A stretch of 64,000 nucleotides of DNA from Polyangiaceae bacterium (GTDB lineage: Bacteria > Myxococcota_A > Polyangia > Polyangiales > Polyangiaceae): positions 1 to 64,000 of the forward strand of contig JBGANF010000021.1 of assembly GCA_044222475.1 (NCBI GenBank), written 5' to 3'. Below the pieces are notes generated by a model. It worked only from the letters and a program-made list of their open reading frames with translations, had not been told where the DNA came from and did no database searches. Positions 36,433 to 46,679 of the stretch are shown piece by piece; position 1 is the first letter of the stretch; every line of letters starts with the position of its first letter. Both the position numbers and the translations under genes were made by a program.

Positions 36433-36747
36433 CCGTCACCTCGATGTCTCCGGTCGCGACGATCCGCTGCACGTCGAAGCGCATCCGGCGACGAGCACGT
36501 CGAAGATGTTCGGCGGGATCCGGTCCGTCGGCTGGCAGTGAATCCCCATGAAACTGTCCGCTTCGTCGACAATGTCCCGGTTTGGTACAGATCCCTTCCC
36601 GCTCCCGCTCCTGCTCCCGAGCGTCAGGTTCGCGGTCTTGGGCCGGAGGGCACGCTACGTGCCTAGGCGTTTTTCCGCAGCCTGCTAGAGTGCTCTTGGG
36701 GCATCGTCCGAGGTTGCGCTCGGATACCACGTGCCCAGGGAGACTCG

Positions 36748-38082
36748 ATGAGGCGGATCGCTTGGATCGTCGTTGGATGCTTTGGGGTCGGCGTAGCCGG
36801 CGTCGCCCTCGTCACCTGCGTTGGAGACACGCCCGCGGTGCTCGCGGACGCAGGGTTCGAGTCGTCGACGGTCGACGACGGCGGCTGCGCGGCGCGCTCC
36901 GTGACCGAGTCGACGGCCATCTTCGTCAACATCAACGGCACCGACTCCCCGCAATGTGGAAGCGCCGCCAGCCCGTGCCAGACGATCCAGTTCGGGCTGA
37001 ACCAGGCCAAAGCTCTCACGAGGACCACGGTCTACGTGGCGCGAGGCACCTACAAGGAGAGCATCAAGCTCTCTCCCGGCATCACCCTCGAGGGTGGTTG
37101 GGACACCCTGTCGGGCAAATGGATTCCAGCTTGCGGTGCCGACTTGCTGGGAGCCGTGAAGCTCCAGATGCCGGACGCGACGAACGTGGTCGTGACCGCC
37201 GACTTCGCTGGCTCTGCGACCCTCCGCAATCTCACCGTCCTCGGCAAGGCGGCGAGCCCCGCGCCAGGGGAATCGCTGTACGGCGTCTTCGCCAAGACCG
37301 CGAGCATCGCGCTGGAGTCGGTGGCGGTGAGCGTCGGTGCAGCGGGACCGGGCGCCGGAGGCGACGCGGGAGCACCCGGCTCCGACGGTGGCATCAAGTG
37401 CGCGACCAGCAACGGTGGCGCGGGCTCGCCAGGAACACCCGGCCCCGGAGGCGACGGAGGGCTCGTCGGGCCCACCGGCTACGTGCCGGCGAACGGTGCC
37501 GCGGGAGGCAGCAATGGAACGGCCGGCAACAACGGCACCTGCACCGCTGCGTGTGGAGGCAACGAGTTCACGATCTGCAAACCGAACACCGTGAACTGCA
37601 GCAAGGCGCAAGGCTGCGTGAACCAACTCGCTGGCTGTGGTGGTACGCCGGGGAAAGGGGGGTTGGGAGGCGGCGGCGGCGGCAGCAGCATCGCGGTGTT
37701 CGGGTGGGACGCCAAGTTCACCGTCAGCGGAGGGTCGTTCAGCGGCGGCAACGGTGGCAACGGCGGAGCAGGCGGCCCGGGCGGATCGGGAGGAACCGGC
37801 GGCGGTGGCTCGACGGAGCAGGAGGGCTGCGCCAGCTGCATCAGCGGCAACAACTGCGCGACCGTCGGCAACACGACCCTGGCTACCGGGGGCGCGGGTG
37901 GGACCGGCGGGCCTGGCGGCACCGGAGGTGGCGGCGCAGGCGGCTGGTCGTTCGGCATCTACGCTGGCGGCACGGGTACGATCACCGTCGTCAACGCGCC
38001 GGTGTACCAACATGGTACGCCTGGCGCCGCCGGAACGCCCAACGGCGCGGTCGGGCAAGCGGGAGATCGTTTCCCACCGTGA
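36748..38082 (+). CDS. Gly-rich (PGRS-like) lipoprotein with a beta-helix-type N-terminal domain
   Basis: 'CGSAASPCQTIQ...VYVARGTYKE...LEGGW' followed by GGxGGxG tracts. Confidence 0.7.
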   Translation: MRRIAWIVVGCFGVGVAGVALVTCVGDTPAVLADAGFESSTVDDGGCAARSVTESTAIFVNINGTDSPQCGSAASPCQTIQFGLNQAKALTRTTVYVARGTYKESIKLSPGITLEGGWDTLSGKWIPACGADLLGAVKLQMPDATNVVVTADFAGSATLRNLTVLGKAASPAPGESLYGVFAKTASIALESVAVSVGAAGPGAGGDAGAPGSDGGIKCATSNGGAGSPGTPGPGGDGGLVGPTGYVPANGAAGGSNGTAGNNGTCTAACGGNEFTICKPNTVNCSKAQGCVNQLAGCGGTPGKGGLGGGGGGSSIAVFGWDAKFTVSGGSFSGGNGGNGGAGGPGGSGGTGGGGSTEQEGCASCISGNNCATVGNTTLATGGAGGTGGPGGTGGGGAGGWSFGIYAGGTGTITVVNAPVYQHGTPGAAGTPNGAVGQAGDRFPP

Positions 38083-38102
38083 CTCGGACGGCGTTTCACT
38101 GA

Positions 38103-38672
38103 TCAGGGGACGGTCACCTCGAGCACGAGCGGCGACAGCTTTCCGCCGCAGTCGCCGATGCCGTCACCGGTCGCCACGATACGCTGGGCGTCGAAGCTCA
38201 CCTTCGTCCCCGACGGGAGCGCCTGCAGCGGCTCGAAGGCTGCCCGCAGCTCGGTGTACTCGCTGCACGCGCTCATCATGTAGAGCTGGAGCGACGAGTC
38301 CGGCGGCGGCGTCTGGACGCGAGGGTCCCGAGAGACGACGTGCGCGCCGGGGTACTGGATCGCGAGCGGCGACTGGTTCCGGAACCGCACGTGGAGGTGC
38401 CCATGCGCGTGAGCGGCCCACGGCGTCGAGCCCTGGTCCCACTCGACCCCGAGCACGTCGACGGCGAAGCCCGACTGCGCCTGGCTGCACGAGTCGAGCG
38501 TCGCCACCGGTCCGTCGGGGGCGGGCACGCACGTCTGGGGCACGGCGACGACGTCGGTGGGGACGTCCTTCGGCGTGCCCTCGGTGGGGGAGCCGAGGCG
38601 ATCGGAGACTTGCCCGCCGCACGCGACGGCGAGCGCGACGAGACCACAAGCGAAGAGCGAAGAGGATTTCAT
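38103..38672 (-). CDS. Hypothetical lipoprotein
   Basis: 'MKSSSLFACGLVALAVAC' lipobox; start at 38672. Confidence 0.6.
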   Translation of the reverse strand: MKSSSLFACGLVALAVACGGQVSDRLGSPTEGTPKDVPTDVVAVPQTCVPAPDGPVATLDSCSQAQSGFAVDVLGVEWDQGSTPWAAHAHGHLHVRFRNQSPLAIQYPGAHVVSRDPRVQTPPPDSSLQLYMMSACSEYTELRAAFEPLQALPSGTKVSFDAQRIVATGDGIGDCGGKLSPLVLEVTVP

Positions 38673-38912
38673 CCTTCGATCTTGGCCACGATCCATTGAA
38701 CGGACCAGCGAGATTTTCTTTACTCGATCGTACGCAAGATCCTCATGAACCTCGAAACGTCGGCGCTCAGAGCTCTCGCGTCGCAGGACCGCGGTCCTGG
38801 AGCTGATTCGCCAGTCGAGGCTACGATCAATCGAAGCCCGCTGCGGATCGAGACCGCGACCGAAGCTGCCGCGATCGACGAGCGCATCGCGCGAATCCCT
38901 AGTAGGTGCCAC

Positions 38913-39614
38913 ATGACCTCCCAAGAAGAACTCCGCCAGCTGACCGACGAAGAACGCGCGTACTACTCGCTCAGCCGGCGTGTCTACGCCGTCTTCGCGC
39001 ACGTCTACGATGGCGTGGTCTTCCCGTTCCGGAAGCTCCGGCACGAAGCTGCGCACATGGTCGATCTCCCACGCGGCGGAAGGCTCCTCGACGTCGCTAC
39101 GGGAACGGGACAGCAGGCGTTCGCCTTCGCCGAGAAGGCGCGCGAGGTCGTTGGTGTCGACTTGTCCGAGGCCATGCTGCGCGTCGCTCGGCGAAAGAAC
39201 CGGTTCCCGAACGTCAGCTTCCAGCGAGCCGACGCCGCCGAGCTGCCGTTCGAGGACGATAGCTTCGACGCGTCGTGCATATCCTTCGCCCTCCACGAGA
39301 TGCCGAGCAGCGTCCGCGAGCGCGTGGTGCGCGAGATGGCAAGGGTGACCAAGCCGAGAGGCTCGATCACCATCGTCGACTACGGGCTGCCGAAGAGCTT
39401 GATGGCGGGCGCGCTCGTCTACCGCGTCATCAAGCTCTACGAGCACGACTACTACGCCGAATTCGTGAAGTCGGACTGGCGAGCCCTGCTCGAGAGCGCG
39501 GGCGTTGAGGTGTCGGAAGAACGTCCTGCGCTACGCCGGATGGCGAGGATCATGACGGGCCGCAAAGCCGTTCCCGCGGCGCGGATCCGCCCGGACGCGG
39601 AGAGACTTCGGTGA
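38913..39614 (+). CDS. Class I SAM-dependent methyltransferase (UbiE-like)
   Basis: 'LLDVATGTG', 'GVDLSEAML', 'LPFEDDSFD', 'SFALHEM'. Confidence 0.88.
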   Translation: MTSQEELRQLTDEERAYYSLSRRVYAVFAHVYDGVVFPFRKLRHEAAHMVDLPRGGRLLDVATGTGQQAFAFAEKAREVVGVDLSEAMLRVARRKNRFPNVSFQRADAAELPFEDDSFDASCISFALHEMPSSVRERVVREMARVTKPRGSITIVDYGLPKSLMAGALVYRVIKLYEHDYYAEFVKSDWRALLESAGVEVSEERPALRRMARIMTGRKAVPAARIRPDAERLR

Positions 39615-39653
39615 GGATCTGATCGTCGCGCGCTGCGTCCCGGACTTCGTCAC

Positions 39654-40787
39654 TCAATTCGAGCAGGGCTCTTCCTTCATCACCACCGCCGTGCCGCTCC
39701 ACTTCAGCGAGCCCTTGATGGTCCCGCACATCGTCTCGAACGAGTAGGCGATGTCGTTGCCCTTCGCCGCGACGGTGGGCGGCGATTCTCCCGTCTTGTG
39801 CGAGAACAGGAGCGATAGCTTCCCGCTCGCATCGCGACGGAAGACGCCGATCGCGCCGTAGTCCTGATTCACGTCGCCCTTGGGTTTGCCGAGCTTCGCC
39901 GGGTCGTCGACGATCGTCGCGACGAGGAGCTCGTTCGACGCGTCCGGGTGCCACGTCCACACGTTGACGAGCGCAGGCGCGTACGTGATCCATCCGGTCG
40001 TCGTGACCTGCATCAGATCCTTCGCCTTGCGGAACTCCTCCGGGAGGAGCTTCACCGCGGCGGCGGAGAGCTCCGGCTCCTTGCGCGGTCCGACGAGCAC
40101 TCCGCCCGCCGCGCTCGCGACCGCGACGGCCTTCTTGAAGTCCTCGTCGTTGCGCACCGACTCGAGGTCGGCGTCGCTCTTCGCCTTCTCGAGCGAGTTC
40201 ACCGCGGATGCGTCGCCGGCGTCGGCCGCGCGCGCGAGCTCTTGGATCGCCCACACGGCGTCCTTGGCCTTACCCTCGAGCGCGAGCCCGCACGCGAGGT
40301 TGAAGCGAGGCGTCACCGCCGAGGGCCGCACGACGAGGGCCGCGCGCCACCAGCGGTCGGCCTCGGCGTAGGCCTTGGCCTTGTAGCGTTCGTAGCCGCC
40401 GTCGTTGAGTGCGTTCGCGAGGTCCTTGCGGGTCGCGGCGCACGTGGTGGCGCCGAGCTCGGCGGCGAGCGCCGCCGGATCGGTCGTGCCGGCGCTCATC
40501 GCCGCGTCCTTGCCGGACGAGAGCGCGGTGATGCGCGTCTTGGCGGCGGCGGTCGTGGTGCATTTCGTGCCCGTCGGATCCGCGGCCCACACCGGGATCT
40601 CGCCGGTGCCGGCCACGGTGCGCGACGTGGCCGCCGGAGCGGCGGCGGCGGACGCGCTCGGCGCCGCGCTCGTCGCGGCGGTCGCGGCCGAGGCCGAGGT
40701 CGTCGTCGTCGTGGCGGTCTTGTCGGTCTTGGAGCACGCCGGGACGCAGCACACGGCGCAGAGAAGGAGCAGTCGAGCCCGATTCAT
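39654..40787 (-). CDS. TPR-containing lipoprotein
   Basis: Lipobox 'VPAC', Thr/Ala linker, TPR-like 'LNDGGYERY...RFNLACGLAL...SDADLESVR'. Confidence 0.7.
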   Translation of the reverse strand: MNRARLLLLCAVCCVPACSKTDKTATTTTTSASAATAATSAAPSASAAAAPAATSRTVAGTGEIPVWAADPTGTKCTTTAAAKTRITALSSGKDAAMSAGTTDPAALAAELGATTCAATRKDLANALNDGGYERYKAKAYAEADRWWRAALVVRPSAVTPRFNLACGLALEGKAKDAVWAIQELARAADAGDASAVNSLEKAKSDADLESVRNDEDFKKAVAVASAAGGVLVGPRKEPELSAAAVKLLPEEFRKAKDLMQVTTTGWITYAPALVNVWTWHPDASNELLVATIVDDPAKLGKPKGDVNQDYGAIGVFRRDASGKLSLLFSHKTGESPPTVAAKGNDIAYSFETMCGTIKGSLKWSGTAVVMKEEPCSN

Positions 40788-40802
40788 CGCGGCAGCGTAG
40801 CG

Positions 40803-43800
40803 TCAACCGACTGGAGCTGTCACCTCGCGCATCGAACGTCGCACCGCGAAGCTCCTCCAGACGACGTAGATTGCGGGCACGACGAACAACGTGAGGATCG
40901 TGAGCGACACGAGCCCGCCCCACATCGGTGCGGCGATGCGCTTCGCGACGTCGGCGCCGACTCCAGTGTCGAGCATCACCGGGAGGAGACCGAAGACGTT
41001 GGTCATGACCGTCATGAGCAGCGGCCGCACGCGCTTGGCGCCTGCGTCTTCGGAGTGGTGCAGGAGGTCTGCGACGCTCTTGATGGTGCCGTCCTTCTTG
41101 GCCGCCTCCCAGGCCTCGTCGAGGTAGACGACCATGACGCTCGCCGTTTCGGCGGCGACCCCGAGAAGCGCGATCATGCCGACCCACACGGCGATCGACG
41201 TGTTGAAATGGACGAAATACAGCGTCCAGATCGCGCCGACGGCGGCGAAAGGCACCGCGGTCATCACGATGAGCGCCTGACTCGCGCCACGGAAGTTCAA
41301 GTAGAGGATGAGGAAGACGATTCCGATCGTGAGCGGCAAGAGGATCGACAGGCGTGCGCGGACGCGCTCCATGAGCTCGTACTGTCCGGTCCACTTGATC
41401 TCGTACCCTTTTGGGACGACGACTTGGCCGTCCACTAGACCCACCCGGCGAGCCGGCCTTGCTCACTCTTGATCATCGGTGGGCCCATCACGGTCTCGAT
41501 GCGAGCGAGCTCGCCCAACGGTACGAACGCGGTCGATGTGGTTCCCCCGGCGCTGGCCGAGGCCGGTGCTGCGCCGAAGCTCGATGCCGCCATGCCGGTT
41601 CCTGCCGGGAGGAGCCCCGCCACCGCTGCGGCGGACGAGCCGCCCATGCCGCCGCCGAGGCTCGGACCGCTCGGCATCCCGCCGCCGCGCGAGCCCGTCA
41701 TCCCGCCGCCGCCCATCGACGCCGGCGTCCCGGTGGCTCCGCTCCCGCCGACCATCGGCGGGATGGGCACGAGGATCGCTCGCAGCGCTTCCGGGTCGCC
41801 TCGCAGCTCGCGTGGGTAGCGGACGTTGACCCGGTAGCGCTCGCGCCCCTCGAAGATGGTGTCGACGTCCATGCCTCCGATCGCGCTCTCGACGACGTCG
41901 AGGACGTCGCGCATCGTCAACCCGTAGCGCGCGATCGCCACGCGATCGGGGACGACGTCGAGGAAGAACCCGCCGAGCTCGCGTTCGGCGTACACGCTGC
42001 GCGTCCCGGGTACGCCGTCGAGCGCTCGCTCGATCTGCGCGGTGAGCTTCGTGATCTCGTTCAGGTCGTCGCCGAGCACCTTGACGCCGATCGGCGTTCG
42101 GATGCCGGTCGACAGCATGTCGACGCGCGCTTTGATCGGCATCGTCCATGCCCCGCGCAGCCCCGGCGTCGTCGTCTTTTGGTCGAGCTCGGCGATGAGG
42201 GTCTCGATCGTCTGGCCCTTGCGCCATTGGGTGCGCGGCTTCAGGCGCACGATCGTCTCGAACATCGAGAGCGGCGCCGGATCGAGCGCGGTCTCGGCGC
42301 GCCCAGCCTTTCCGAAGACGAGCTCCACCTCGGGCACGCTGTGGATCTGAGCGTCCTGCCAGGCGAGCAAGCGCTCGGCCTCGGCGATCGACATGCCGGG
42401 GACGCTGATCGGCATGTAGAGGAGGTCGCCTTCGTAGAGCGGAGGCATGAACTCCGATCCGAGCCGGCTCGCGGGGACGACGGTCGCCCCCATCACCACG
42501 AGCGCGAACGCGATGACGAGCCATCGGCCGCGGAGCGCCACGCGCAGCAGCGGGCGGTAGATCGCGATGCACAGCCGGTTGATGGGATTGCGAGCCTCCG
42601 GCCGGATCTTGCCGCGGAGAAATGTGACCATGAGGGCAGGGACGAGCGTCACCGAGAACACCGCCGCGAACGCCATCGAGAACGTCTTCGCGAGCGCGAG
42701 CGGCCGGAAGAGTCGTCCTTCTTCGCCTTCGAGGGTGAAGACCGGAAGGAACGCGATCGTGAGGACCAGGAGCGCCCCGAACATCGATCCGCCGAGCTCG
42801 CGGGCCGCGGCGATGATGATCTCGGTGCGGGCGATCTTCTCGCCCTTCCGCTCGGACTCTTCGATCTTCTTGTGCGCGTTCTCGACGAGGACGCACGCCG
42901 AGTCGACCATGTCTCCCAGCGCGAGCATGACGCCGGCGAGCGACATCACGCTGATCGTCAGGTCGAGATAATGAAACGCGATGAAGGTCGACGCCGTCGC
43001 GACCGGGAGCGCGATCGCCGCGACGAGCGAGGACCGGAAGTGGAACAGGAAGACGCCGATGACGACGATCACGACGATCAGGATCACGACGAGGTTCGTC
43101 GACAGCGTCGAGATCGACTCGTGGATGAGCTGGCTCCGATCGTAGACCGGGACGATGCGCACTCCCGGGGGGAGCGACGGCTTGATCTCGTCGATCCGCG
43201 CCTTCACCCGATCGATCACGTTCAGCGCGTTCTCGCCCTGGCGCATGACGACGATCCCGCCGACGGCCGGACCCGCTGCGTCGAGCTCGGCCACGCCCCG
43301 CCGGATGTTTCCCCCGATGGTGACGTCGGCGACGTCGCGGATCTTGACCGGCGTCCCGCGGTTGTCGGTCGTGACGACGGCCTCCTCCAGGTCGTGCTCG
43401 TTCTCGACGAACCCACGGCCGCGGAGGACGTACTCGTGCTCCGCCATCTCGACGACGCGCCCTCCCACTTCGGCGTTGGCGCCGCGCACCGCGCTCGCGA
43501 TCTGGGCGACGGTCACGCCGCGCGCCTTCATGCGCGTCGGATCGACGACGACTTGGTATTCCTTCTCGTATCCGCCGACGCTCGCGACCTCGGCGACCCC
43601 CTCGACGCCCTGAAGCCAATAGCGGAGCGACCAATCTTGGAGCGAACGGAGCTCTTGGAGGTCGAGCTTCCCGGTGTCGTCGACGAGAGCGTACTGATAG
43701 ACCCAGCCGACGCTGGTCGCGTCCGGGCCGATCTGTGGCGTGACGCCTTCGGGGAGCTTGCTCTTGATCTTCGCGAGCTGCTCGACGACGCGCGAGCGCG

Positions 43801-44146
43801 CCCAGTAGACGTCGGTGCCGTCTTCGAAGACGACGTAGACGAACGACATCCCGAACATCGTGAACCCGCGGACGTTCTTCACCTTCGGCGTGCCGAGGAA
43901 CCCGGTGGCGATGGGGTAGGTGACCTGGTTCTCGATGAGCGTCGGGCTACGGCCCATCCACTCGGTCGCGACGACGACCTGGGTGTCGGACAGATCGGGC
44001 AGCGCGTCGAGCGGGGTGCGCTGCGCGCTCCATAGCCCCCAGACGGTGAGCCCGATCGCGATCAGGAAGACGAAGAACCGTTTCCGCGCCGAGAAATCGA
44101 CGATCTTCTCGACGAGGCCGGTCGGGGGCGACGCCTCAGCGGACAT
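40803..44146 (-). pseudogene. cusA: CusA-family Cu/Ag RND permease split by a frameshifting deletion near 41436
   Basis: Met-triad contexts 'LLYMP', 'PLSMFET', 'RVDMLST'. The frame stops at 'GRLAGWV*' and resumes as 'VDGQVVVPKGYEIKWTGQYE'; about 18 codons are missing relative to the paralog at 59819. Confidence 0.8.
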
Positions 44147-45314
44147 GGCCGGCGTGCCCCCCGCCGGTCGTGCCCGCGTCGGTACCTTTTTGGGACGCCT
44201 GGAGTCGGCTCTCGGAGTCGAGGAGGAACTGTGCGCTGGTCGCCACGTTCTCTCCGGCGACGACGCCGGAGAGCACTTGGTAGTAGTCGTCGACGAGGAT
44301 GCCGAGCTTGACCTCGCGCGGCTCCACGTGATTCCCGTGGACGACGAAGACGACGGCGCGGGTCCCCGTTCGAATCACCGCGCTCTCGGGGATCCCGAGG
44401 CCCATGCCGACGTGGAGCTCCATCGCGACGTCGGCGAACGCACCGGGACGGATGCGCCCGTCCTTGTTGGGCAAGTCGAAGCGCACCTTGAGCGTTCGCG
44501 TCGCGGTGTCGATCGTCGGTGGGAGAAAGGAGACGTTCGCCGCGATCGGCGCCGTCTCGCCCTGGAGCGTGATGCTCGCCGGTTGGCCGACGTGGACCGA
44601 GGGGACGTCGGCCTCGTAGACGTCGGTCAGGACCCACACGTTCGACAGATCGGAGATGGTGTAGAGCTCGACCGACGGATCGACGAAGGCTCCAGTGTAT
44701 GCTTGGCGTGCGATCACCACGCCGCTGCGCGTGGCGAGCAACGGGAACGTTCGCCGCGCTTCCTTGGAGGTCTCGAGGCGCGTCACCTCGGACGGGGGCA
44801 CGTCCCATAGGGACAGGCGCCGCCGCGCGGCCGCGAGCAAGCGGTTCTGCGCGTCGGTCTCGGACTGCGCGAACTCACCGGTGATCTTCGGCGCGTTGTT
44901 CATCCGGTCGAGGATGGTGAGGAACTCGAGCTCGGCGGCGTAGACCTCTTGGCTGTAGAGCGAGCACAGGGCCTCGCCCTGCCGCACTTGCTTGCCGATG
45001 AAGTCGACGTTCGTCGACTCGATCGTCGCGCGCACCTTCGTGTGGACGTGCGACGTACGGGTCTCGTCGACGGCGACGATGCCGGTCGTGCGCACGGTGC
45101 GGATGAAATGGCGCTCTTGGACGGCGCTCGTCGTGATCGTCATCCCTCCCTGCTTCGTCGGATCGATCTCGAAGGGCACGTAGCCTTCGAGGCCCGACGC
45201 GGACGAGCTGGCCGCCGCCGAAGGTGCGGCTGGCGCGTGACCTTCGTGTCCGGCGTCGCCGGACTTGCATGCGACGACCAGCGTCGCGAGCGCGATGAGC
45301 CACGGGAGCCTCAT
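44136..45314 (-). CDS. cusB: CusB-like periplasmic adaptor
   Basis: Lipobox 'VVAC', 'LYSQEVYAAELEFL', 'AQFLLDSESRL', His-containing ends. Confidence 0.88.
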   Translation of the reverse strand: MRLPWLIALATLVVACKSGDAGHEGHAPAAPSAAASSSASGLEGYVPFEIDPTKQGGMTITTSAVQERHFIRTVRTTGIVAVDETRTSHVHTKVRATIESTNVDFIGKQVRQGEALCSLYSQEVYAAELEFLTILDRMNNAPKITGEFAQSETDAQNRLLAAARRRLSLWDVPPSEVTRLETSKEARRTFPLLATRSGVVIARQAYTGAFVDPSVELYTISDLSNVWVLTDVYEADVPSVHVGQPASITLQGETAPIAANVSFLPPTIDTATRTLKVRFDLPNKDGRIRPGAFADVAMELHVGMGLGIPESAVIRTGTRAVVFVVHGNHVEPREVKLGILVDDYYQVLSGVVAGENVATSAQFLLDSESRLQASQKGTDAGTTGGGHAGHVR

Positions 45315-46582
45315 GGCACCGTCCCTCCTGGAGCGCCGCCGACGGCGCGTTCGAGCAGCGCGAGAGCGACCTCGCGCTGGACGCGCGCGTCGATGAGCAT
45401 GCGCTCGGTGCTCTGGAGCGATCGCCGTGCGTCGAGCACCGCGATGATGTCCGCCGTCCCGGCGGAGTATCCGGAGAGCGACGAGTCGAAGCTCTCCCGC
45501 GCTTTGGGCATCGCGCTCGCTTCGAGGAGCGTGACGAGTCGGGACGCGGTCTCGAACTGCGTGAGCGCGTCGACGACCTGCGCTCGGATCATCGCGCGCA
45601 TCGCGGTCGCCTCGTCCGCGACGGCACGGGCACGATCGTCGAACGCTTCGGCCTTGAAGCGCGCACGCTCGATGCCCCACGTGGGCAGCGTCGTACCGAG
45701 CATGAAGCCGAACGAGTGCGGCCCTCCCATGATCATCTGGTTGAACCAGGCCCCCACCATGAAGTCGGGGTAGGGCTCTTTTCGCGCGAGGCGGGCCATG
45801 TTCGTCATGCCGGCTTGCATCGCGGTCATCTGGCGGAGCTCGGCGCGCTGCGCGATTGCCAAAGTCATCAGCGCCTCGACGTCGAAGCTGCGCGGTCCCG
45901 TCCAGCTCACGACGCGCGGATCGTCGAACGTCGCGTCGGGCGGCTGGTTGCGTAGGGCGTTGATCATCGCGAGCACGCTCTTGCGTTCGCCCTCGATCGA
46001 CGCGAGCTCGAGATCGAGCGCCTGGACCTCCAGCTCCGCGCGGGCGACCTCGTGATGCTCGCCGGACTGCGACCCGTAGCGGCCGATCGCGGCCGAGGTG
46101 ATCACCGCGGCGAGGCCGCGCGCGGCGCGGTTCAGCTCGCGGCGCTTGCCGTTCGACACGAGCATGAAGAACGCGCGTCGCGCTTCGAGAGTGAGGTCGA
46201 GGCGTTTCGTGTCGGCGGCGGCGCCGGCGGCGTCGGCTTCGGAGTGAAGCGCGTCGCTCATGGCCGGGAGCTTCCCCGGCCACATGACCATCTGCGCGAG
46301 CTGGTACCGCATCATCGGCATCTGTACGCCGACCGTCCCCAAGGACCCGGGGAGGTAGTCGGCCATCACCGTGAGGGTCGGGTCCGGCCAGATGCGGACG
46401 CCGCTGGCGTCGCTGAGGAGGGCGTCGCGACGAAGCATCGCCGCGTGAATCGTCGGCTGGTGGGCGAGGACGTCGGCGACGTAGGCGTCGCAGGCCGGAT
46501 CGGCGCGCGCGGGCTCCGGCGCGAGCAGCGCGCCGACCGCCGCGGCGAGCGCGGCGACGAACGTCTTGGCGGGAGGGACCAT
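45311..46582 (-). CDS. TolC-family outer membrane protein of a Cus-type system
   Basis: Signal peptide, 'WPDP', 'WPGKL', 'YPDF', Met-rich; coupled to cusB. Confidence 0.85.
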   Translation of the reverse strand: MVPPAKTFVAALAAAVGALLAPEPARADPACDAYVADVLAHQPTIHAAMLRRDALLSDASGVRIWPDPTLTVMADYLPGSLGTVGVQMPMMRYQLAQMVMWPGKLPAMSDALHSEADAAGAAADTKRLDLTLEARRAFFMLVSNGKRRELNRAARGLAAVITSAAIGRYGSQSGEHHEVARAELEVQALDLELASIEGERKSVLAMINALRNQPPDATFDDPRVVSWTGPRSFDVEALMTLAIAQRAELRQMTAMQAGMTNMARLARKEPYPDFMVGAWFNQMIMGGPHSFGFMLGTTLPTWGIERARFKAEAFDDRARAVADEATAMRAMIRAQVVDALTQFETASRLVTLLEASAMPKARESFDSSLSGYSAGTADIIAVLDARRSLQSTERMLIDARVQREVALALLERAVGGAPGGTVP

Positions 46583-46679
46583 GCAGTGCAGCCTCGATGC
46601 AGCCCAATGCATCGTTCGTACCTGCGATCCGCGGCAGCGTCAGCTCGAATTTCCCCGAGACGTGCAAGCTCTGCTCCGG

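Noticed and set aside
37350..38060. Gly-rich DNA as a non-coding repeat
   Set aside because: It is fully explained by the GGxGG coding tracts.
38784..38799. Perfect 16-bp palindrome CAGGACCGCGGTCCTG
   Set aside because: It is GC-rich, single-copy and plausible by chance in 64 kb.
38913..39614. Methyltransferase as the cognate methylase of the nuclease
   Set aside because: It is a UbiE-like small-molecule type with no DPPY/NPPY or PC motif, and it lies 14 kb away.
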